Source: an uncultured virus (IMG/VR IMGVR_UViG_3300042485_000220)
Lineage: Duplodnaviria > Heunggongvirae > Uroviricota > Caudoviricetes > Crassvirales
Length of the DNA: 20,000 bases
Direction: 5' to 3' (one strand)
Virus record (IMG/VR): IMGVR_UViG_3300042485_000220
Part shown: positions 15,201 to 20,000 of the stretch, piece by piece
How positions within the stretch are numbered: the stretch's first letter is position 1
How the letters are laid out: the number at the start of each line of letters is the position of its first letter
Made by a program: the position numbers and the translations under genes
The notes under the pieces: generated by a model
What the model was told of the DNA's origin: nothing
Databases searched by the model: none
What the model saw: the letters and a program-made list of their open reading frames with translations, nothing else

Positions 15201-17787
15201 CAGCTATTCTCTTACTAGAGTTCAAAGCATCAACTTGTGTTTGTTCAGTGATAAGCTTATACATAGCATGTTTCTGCACTTCAACAAAATGAGCTCTTCC
15301 TCCACCAAATAATACACTCTCTAACTTAAGAACATTACCTAGTGTAGGTTGTCCAAAAGAAGTCTCTGGAGAATTAAATACTTGTCTGTAAGCAGACTCA
15401 GGATTATTAAATCCATCTAATTTATTAGGATAACAATTTAAGTTTTCACTTGTGTTGCTAGCTACTATTTTATAATTAGTTGTTCCTGATACTCTTACAG
15501 GGAAAGTGGTAGAATTAAATGTTTTAACGTTGTTACCACTTACAAAAGTACCTACTGTTATACTTTGTAATGCTCCTGTAACTGAATTTGTATAATTAAA
15601 TGTAACAGAAAGAAAAGAGGAATTATTTGTAATTGTATAAGTAGTAGTTGTAGTATTTGTAAATGTTGCAGAACCACTATTTACAACAGGAAGTGTAATA
15701 GAACATATTTCAGTGGTGCTACTATCAAATGCTTGTGTATCTGGTTCTCCTGTAAAACAGTTTGTGTATTGTAAGATACCAGCAGTTGTCACTGATACAG
15801 AGAACGTATCACATTGAGAATTATACGCATTGTTTCTCTCAAGCAAGAATGGATCTTCATTTAAGTCATTGTATGGATAGTTAGGATAGTAGTAGTATGT
15901 AGCATTAGGATCAGCAGGATCTTCTCTAGTGTATTTACCTACATTTCTAAGAATACCTTTAGCAATAATAGATTTGTTTGTACTTCTATTACCCCTTACT
16001 ATTTTAAATCCAGCAATAGATGCCTTCTCTTCATTTGTTAAACTAGAGCTTTGAATAGCAAATGCCACTTGTTGTACATCTATCTTCACACCTATTGGAT
16101 AGATGGCATTAGCAACTTGCATTACAGGTTCTATTTGACCTCCAGAATATATAATACTTGGACTCTCAAAGTAAGGACTTACAAGAACATCAGGAAACTT
16201 ATGGTGTCTAATTGGTTTACCAGCTAAGTCTCCCCATACGTCTACGTTACATGGATACTCTTCAGTAGATTCCCAATATGCAAAGTCTCCAGATTGATAA
16301 GGATAGGCATCTCCTATCTTCCTAGTATTGTCTGTAGGAACAGGATAGGTTGTAGATACACTAGCTGTGTTATATATTTTCCAATTAGGACTATATTTAT
16401 AAAGTGTAACAGGTTCAACATCAGTAGCAGTACCTATAAAGTCAGGAGTTGCGTTAGGACCAGTTTCATAAACAGGAGTTAAATCATTAGAAATTGGTGC
16501 TCTACCAGGAATATGAAAACCATCTGTTTGCTTACCATTGGTTAATAAGAATACAATTTCAAATGCATAGACCTCATCTCTTAAATATCCTCTTAAGTTG
16601 GAAGTATAAAAACCATTAGCATAGGTATTACCAGCTGGTAGTTTATATGTCTCCCATTGAAGTTGTACTTGATTAGCAACGCTTTGATAGTTGATTCTAT
16701 CAATAGAAGTTAAGTTGTCCCAAACAATAACATCTTGTACGTTTGTTACATCTTGAGCAATCTCATAATAAGGAAACTTTTCAAGAACATCTGCAAGACT
16801 CAAAGGAATCTGAGTTGTGTTCTGTCCTGTATAAGTGATTGATGTAGACCTTTCTTCAATGTTATATGTTCCCACTAATTCTACAGTGGTACCATTATTA
16901 ATGGTTTTTATAACAGCTAAGTTAAAGTATTGGAAGTATCCTGTAACATCTAAGTTAGTAATATTTAATACAATAGATTCACCTACAGAATATTGAAAAT
17001 CAGGAGTTGTTATTTCTGTATTAGCAATAGATGTAGGATTAGTTATAGAGAAGTAGGATGTATAAGCATCTCCTGAAGCATTGCCATATTGAATAGCAAA
17101 CTGATAAGTACCAGCTTTTAAATCTCCTCCTACAACAATTTCAGAAACTTCTATATTAGGAATTTGAAAGTTAGGTTGTACATCTAACTTATTACAATCA
17201 AGAACTCCTTGTCCATTTACTACTAGAATAGTTGGAGCACAAGTGTTATCTCCTTCATATGAAAAAACATATGGAACTTGCTCAATATTAATATATCTTC
17301 TTGGGTTCAATCCATCAGTCCAATAAACCTCAGTGGTACAGTTAGTTATCTTATGTACAGCTTTGTGTATTGGATAGTTTATATCAAAGTTTAAACAGTC
17401 TGAGTTAGCACAAACTGTCAACTCTGTATCAGGAATAGGAGTACAAAGTGTGCGATATACACAATCATTGTTATCCATATATCCAATCTCACTTCCTCCT
17501 GTTTGAGGATTCGCTAAGAAGAATATGTGTTTGTTTTTCTCTTGTATGAAATGAGTTCCAATAAGCTGAAAACCTTCAGGAAACTCTAAGCAAGCTTCAT
17601 TACTTGGTTCATTCTGATAGCTTACAGAATTAGCGTCAAAGTTTTCTAATGCTGCGTTTAGAGCATAAGAAAGCTTACCCTTCTGTATTTGATTTACAGA
17701 AGAGTCCATGTCTAATCCAACTCTGCCAAGATTAAATTCTTGTCTTACGTTAGATGTTCCTTGATTATCTATTCCATCCTCTGCCAT
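12289..17787 (-). CDS. Tail stabilization / muzzle protein (crAss Tstab, crAss001 gp44-like), N-terminal major part, ending in a Thr/Cys-rich extension (~1832 aa)
   Basis: Motifs GLDMD..YALNA, VYWTDGLNPRRYINI, GGDLKAGTYQFAIQY, RGYLRDEVYAFEIVF, GKPIRHHKFPD, VFGGDTYI and SWTVSFN...WVSFHTYLP are typical of this family, and the gene directly follows the tail tubular gene. I prefer the ATG at 17787 (MAEDG..., 23-nt overlap) to the track start at 17838. Confidence 0.8.
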   Translation of the reverse strand: MAEDGIDNQGTSNVRQEFNLGRVGLDMDSSVNQIQKGKLSYALNAALENFDANSVSYQNEPSNEACLEFPEGFQLIGTHFIQEKNKHIFFLANPQTGGSEIGYMDNNDCVYRTLCTPIPDTELTVCANSDCLNFDINYPIHKAVHKITNCTTEVYWTDGLNPRRYINIEQVPYVFSYEGDNTCAPTILVVNGQGVLDCNKLDVQPNFQIPNIEVSEIVVGGDLKAGTYQFAIQYGNASGDAYTSYFSITNPTSIANTEITTPDFQYSVGESIVLNITNLDVTGYFQYFNLAVIKTINNGTTVELVGTYNIEERSTSITYTGQNTTQIPLSLADVLEKFPYYEIAQDVTNVQDVIVWDNLTSIDRINYQSVANQVQLQWETYKLPAGNTYANGFYTSNLRGYLRDEVYAFEIVFLLTNGKQTDGFHIPGRAPISNDLTPVYETGPNATPDFIGTATDVEPVTLYKYSPNWKIYNTASVSTTYPVPTDNTRKIGDAYPYQSGDFAYWESTEEYPCNVDVWGDLAGKPIRHHKFPDVLVSPYFESPSIIYSGGQIEPVMQVANAIYPIGVKIDVQQVAFAIQSSSLTNEEKASIAGFKIVRGNRSTNKSIIAKGILRNVGKYTREDPADPNATYYYYPNYPYNDLNEDPFLLERNNAYNSQCDTFSVSVTTAGILQYTNCFTGEPDTQAFDSSTTEICSITLPVVNSGSATFTNTTTTTYTITNNSSFLSVTFNYTNSVTGALQSITVGTFVSGNNVKTFNSTTFPVRVSGTTNYKIVASNTSENLNCYPNKLDGFNNPESAYRQVFNSPETSFGQPTLGNVLKLESVLFGGGRAHFVEVQKHAMYKLITEQTQVDALNSSKRIADLGGFSPIAFFTAYQTYLQIYINGISRQNFAYSFNSISSYDYSADVSNNQGIKQRQLDLAQYVFPGVQNVGDNYDLNNWNRESSVYVKTIDVRNGIPVSPLPYPNDTPSLVVAGISQISDNSRFTISEAENCASPEAQRNIKVVSYYGSIKAINNAQYGQIYSYQTIDTGFQRIFSAISANDPEVVFGGDTYIGKFGFKTKLPFFIDNRVNAPDDSDIYYDEIGNVAYPQYWYSARSILSDYTVNATVMKNIISTKAHYLDCPNDDIADNATTTTSTTPAPGTVTAGSLNYVYSGKMYLFAYGIPYYYVESSINVDLRQAFNNLEGDFYPHVSSGIPDSWFQESRVPIAFDNTYYYNTTFSKQNVENFFSHLPADWVQQLCYKNFPFRAIYSDRQESYSDNRINSWLIYRPVSFFDFPQNYGNLISLDGIQNRATLARFENKTLLYGNLLTIDTSNPQAAYLGNPSLFSGAPPIDYAETDLGYVGCQNKMLLKIPQGQITIDAKRCQVFLIQGTQATDISGFGSGLNRFFTNHLAFEILGYFPTVNTDNHFKNIGIHGVYDSVFERVIITKLDYVPQPGKEVFYDEVVKQFYVDQPVAGDLVVKKYIEVTDLEYFCNKSWTVSFNFNTKSWVSFHTYLPNFYIGENSFFYSGLNEGCDVTAVAVVPIPSPTTTTTTTRIIYCNLTGTAVVVGYPCLLGGTASQQTTTTTTSTSTSTTTTTTTAVPFDCMLIPGSFTTEPDCRLTAGEFIRVAVTTTSTTTPTPTTSTTTTPQPSLYRYSSAGPDDACGTALAMTNVILTDPPFCSATAIQCDEFVLAPAGVPVWVRTGNSYRAAIINDPNVSGIATFDVGTCVVCTTTTSTSSTTTTTTTAAPVTRNVTTVTGTASDILGEIYIDSTVILNGNVNADTIVDVVVSTVPYGDVTVFVTILNNNSSGSGSTFVGIGSLPSAIDGQCIAGCDNVNVVFTGFEC
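12590..13192 (-). repeat. Four poly-Thr/Ser (ACN-codon) low-complexity tracts interleaved with short Cys motifs
   Basis: Imperfect gta/gtt/gtg runs on the + strand at about 12590-12637, 12888-12945, 13036-13090 and 13170-13192, encoding e.g. TTTTTTSTSTSTTTTTTT. Confidence 0.9.
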
Positions 17788-18736
17788 ATCTTGAGCTTCT
17801 ATTTGGTAATTCATATTGTCCAAAGCGTTGTAAGTCATTTCTTACTCTTCTTTGTTTAGTCCATGCGTCTTGCTTCTTAATTTCAGTGTAAGCCATAATG
17901 AATGCTTCATCATGTAGCTGTTTGTAATATGCTAGCTTCTGTTGTATTTGATTAAAAGTTTCATCATTGATTTGATTAGCCAATGTCTCAAACACCTTGT
18001 ATTTAATAAACGCTTCTACAAACTCTCTAATACGATAGTTATCAGGAATTAACTGATTACCAATAGCATCATAGTCTGTAGCATAGAATATCATATGAAC
18101 TATACCACAACCAAAGTTGGTGACAAACTTATTATCTCTAATATCAAAGCTATCATATCCTGCTGATCCTGGAGTGAACTCATGTATAGGAGGAGCAGGT
18201 GTGTAGAATTCCCAAGCATCTGTATAACTTACATCACACTTACCTTGACAAGATATATTACCTGGTTTTAATAAGTATTCTCTCTTTATTGATCTAGCAA
18301 TCTGTTGATTGGTTTTATATACTGCTTGGATGATATCAGGCATACACGTAGGACATCCTGTTGTACATTGTGGATTTGTACATGGTACAGTTCCACTAAT
18401 AATAGGAGAGACTTGTATTGTTGTTTGAGAAGCAGCTTGAGAATAGAACGAGTTAGCTGTTTGATATGGGTAGTTAGATGGTATCTCTGTACACATCCAA
18501 GCTTCCCTAACAGCAAAGAAGTTGTCAGGAAGTCTAGCCTCAAAGCCAGAAATATCCAAGGTTTGTTCAGCAATGACATAACTTGACCTACCCAACTTCT
18601 GTAGACACTTGTCTAAATAAGTAGGGAAAAGCAAATCATCCACTGCTCCTGTGTCAAAGTAAGATTTTAACTCTTCCTTAACAATTGAATAAACTGGTTC
18701 AGGTGAGACAAAATTGTATTTGTAGTAGTATGACAT
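17765..18736 (-). CDS. Tail tubular / ring protein (crAss Ttub, crAss001 gp43-like), 323 aa
   Basis: Motifs EARLPDNFFAV, FDIRDNKFVTNFGCG.VHMIFYA...GNQLIPDN...EFVEAFIKYK; lies between the IHF-like gene and the muzzle gene. Confidence 0.75.
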   Translation of the reverse strand: MSYYYKYNFVSPEPVYSIVKEELKSYFDTGAVDDLLFPTYLDKCLQKLGRSSYVIAEQTLDISGFEARLPDNFFAVREAWMCTEIPSNYPYQTANSFYSQAASQTTIQVSPIISGTVPCTNPQCTTGCPTCMPDIIQAVYKTNQQIARSIKREYLLKPGNISCQGKCDVSYTDAWEFYTPAPPIHEFTPGSAGYDSFDIRDNKFVTNFGCGIVHMIFYATDYDAIGNQLIPDNYRIREFVEAFIKYKVFETLANQINDETFNQIQQKLAYYKQLHDEAFIMAYTEIKKQDAWTKQRRVRNDLQRFGQYELPNRSSRYGRGWNR

Positions 18737-18742
18737 GTTCTT

Positions 18743-19219
18743 TTATTTTTTCCACTCACAATAAATGTGCTGGTATTTATCATCTGTTTTTATGTAATGT
18801 GACAGCAATCTAGAAGTGGTACGAGAAGGTTTGAAATACCAAAGATTTATATTACGAATCCTAGTGGACTCTTTAAACCACATCCATCCAAAGAAGAACC
18901 CTTCTGTATGGAAGTTGAAGTTGTAGATAATCTTTCCTTTTTGTTTTGTCTTTTGCCAATCAACTGGTAGGTTAACTATCTCCTTTCCATCAACTGTCTT
19001 TGTTTTTCTTCTCTTCTTTTTATTGATAGAGAACTCACCAAAGCCAAAAGGAAGTCTTGCTTTCTCTCCTGTTTCTAGAATGTAGTTTTTAAAATTGTCA
19101 TTATATAAATATATAATGTTTCGCCACTCATCAAATGTAATTTTTATGGTGGGATGTTTCTTACAAAAGTTACTATAGTTTTCTTTACTAGAGCTTCTCC
19201 AGTCTATCTTAGTACGCAT
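18743..19219 (-). CDS. IHF/HU-like DNA-binding protein of crAss-like phages (158 aa)
   Basis: ILETGEKARLPFGFGEFSINKKKRR matches the HU/IHF signature L..G..V.L.GFG.F.V..R. The protein is basic and sits upstream of the tail tubular gene, as in crAss-like phages. Confidence 0.75.
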   Translation of the reverse strand: MRTKIDWRSSSKENYSNFCKKHPTIKITFDEWRNIIYLYNDNFKNYILETGEKARLPFGFGEFSINKKKRRKTKTVDGKEIVNLPVDWQKTKQKGKIIYNFNFHTEGFFFGWMWFKESTRIRNINLWYFKPSRTTSRLLSHYIKTDDKYQHIYCEWKK

Positions 19220-19956
19220 TAGCTTGTTGGTTTTGCATTGGGAGCTTGTCCATCAATGCCATCAAATGTTTGGTCTGTTTTAATGCTAAAGTATGTCGAT
19301 AATAGTTTTTGAGAAGTAAGTTGTAACACTTGTGTTATTAAGTATCCTGGGCATCCAAATTCTTTGTCTAATGGATTTATACAATATTCCTCATCAGTTA
19401 CAGTGGGAATATTTCCACAACTACAATCATCAGGATATAAAATACTGTTTGGAACATCTTCTTCAAAGAATGCAGATATTCTAACTGATTGTAAGTTAGG
19501 ATTGTTAATATATAAATACCCACCATTAGCTATCCAATAGTATTGTTCAGCTCTGATAATAGGTAGCTTTAATAGATTTAAGTATCTATTGATTGTAATC
19601 TCTTTGAATCTTTTTCCTTTACCACCCATAGCGTTGATAGAATAAACACCTTGGATTAAGTATTGATAGTTTCCTTCACTGATACGAGGAAGCTTATATT
19701 TGCTTCTTGCAACTTGACAAGGGTCCACATATTCACAACAATCAGAAATAGGTACCTCTATCATTTCCAAACAAGGAAGTGTTTGGAATACAGTATCAGT
19801 AGCCCAAAGCTTTCTGAGATTAGTCTCACGCTTGATTAGTAAAAATGTGTTGTTCTTGATTTCAGACGCAACCACTCTATCAGTAATTAGATTATCTGTA
19901 GTGAGCAATTTATGTACTGAACGTACATCTGAAACCATTTGTCTTAATGTTGCCAT
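19219..19956 (-). CDS. Probable tail ring protein (crAss001 gp40-like), 245 aa
   Basis: Motifs FQTLPCLEMIEV..DCC, RSKYKLPRI, GYLYINNP, VRISAFFEED; size and position upstream of the IHF-like and tail tubular genes fit. Confidence 0.6.
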   Translation of the reverse strand: MATLRQMVSDVRSVHKLLTTDNLITDRVVASEIKNNTFLLIKRETNLRKLWATDTVFQTLPCLEMIEVPISDCCEYVDPCQVARSKYKLPRISEGNYQYLIQGVYSINAMGGKGKRFKEITINRYLNLLKLPIIRAEQYYWIANGGYLYINNPNLQSVRISAFFEEDVPNSILYPDDCSCGNIPTVTDEEYCINPLDKEFGCPGYLITQVLQLTSQKLLSTYFSIKTDQTFDGIDGQAPNAKPTS

Positions 19957-20000
19957 TATAAATACTGTTTGAATATATTTGTCATTCCATCACAGTCATC
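19956..20000 (-). CDS. 3' end of an upstream gene (...DDCDGMTNIFKQYL*), product unknown
   Basis: Open frame from the window edge to TAA at 19956-19958, overlapping the next ATG (TAATG), the same coupling seen at three other junctions. Confidence 0.55.
   Translation of the reverse strand, partial: DDCDGMTNIFKQYL

Larger units (their letters stand above)
1..20000 (-). mobile_element. Segment of a crAss-like (Crassvirales-type) bacteriophage genome: tail and injected-cargo module
   Basis: Every long ORF is on the minus strand with little or no intergenic space. The order ring / IHF-like / tail tubular / muzzle / large cargo genes matches the conserved crAss-like block (roughly phiCrAss001 gp40 to gp47). 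Start regions are A-rich without Shine-Dalgarno sites, as in Bacteroidota. Confidence 0.85.

Noticed and set aside
17788..17838. Longer start of the muzzle ORF at 17838 given by the track
   Set aside because: It would overlap the tail tubular gene by 74 nt. The ATG at 17787 gives a shorter overlap and lies just before the family-like N-terminal motif.
729..18586. Short plus-strand ORFs in the track (e.g. 729-1043, 3170-3388, 7425-7646, 12896-13255) and nested minus-strand ORFs 8277-8477 and 18286-18579
   Set aside because: They lie within or across long, coherent minus-strand genes and look like antisense or alternate-frame shadows. The poly-Val ORF at 12896-13255 is just the reverse of the Thr tracts.

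Overview
The whole window is a dense, AT-rich set of genes on the minus strand that looks like the tail and injected-cargo module of a crAss-like (Crassvirales-type) podophage, probably infecting Bacteroidota. In transcription order (right to left) it holds: a ring protein, an IHF/HU-like protein, the tail tubular protein, a tail stabilization/'muzzle' protein, then four large putative cargo proteins, the last running off the left edge. The muzzle gene appears split in two by a ~1.7 kb Thr/Cys-rich adhesin-like cassette. The first cargo gene (1008 aa) looks like a multi-domain effector: an NlpC/P60-like peptidase plus two ADP-ribosyltransferase-like domains, separated by repeated W-L-x-x-Y tags. 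Other signals are an apparent complete absence of CCG/CGG, a recurrent xxxG(G) motif in the cargo proteins, and a Bacteroidota-type promoter inside the module. All family calls come from motif recognition and gene order by eye; no searches were run.
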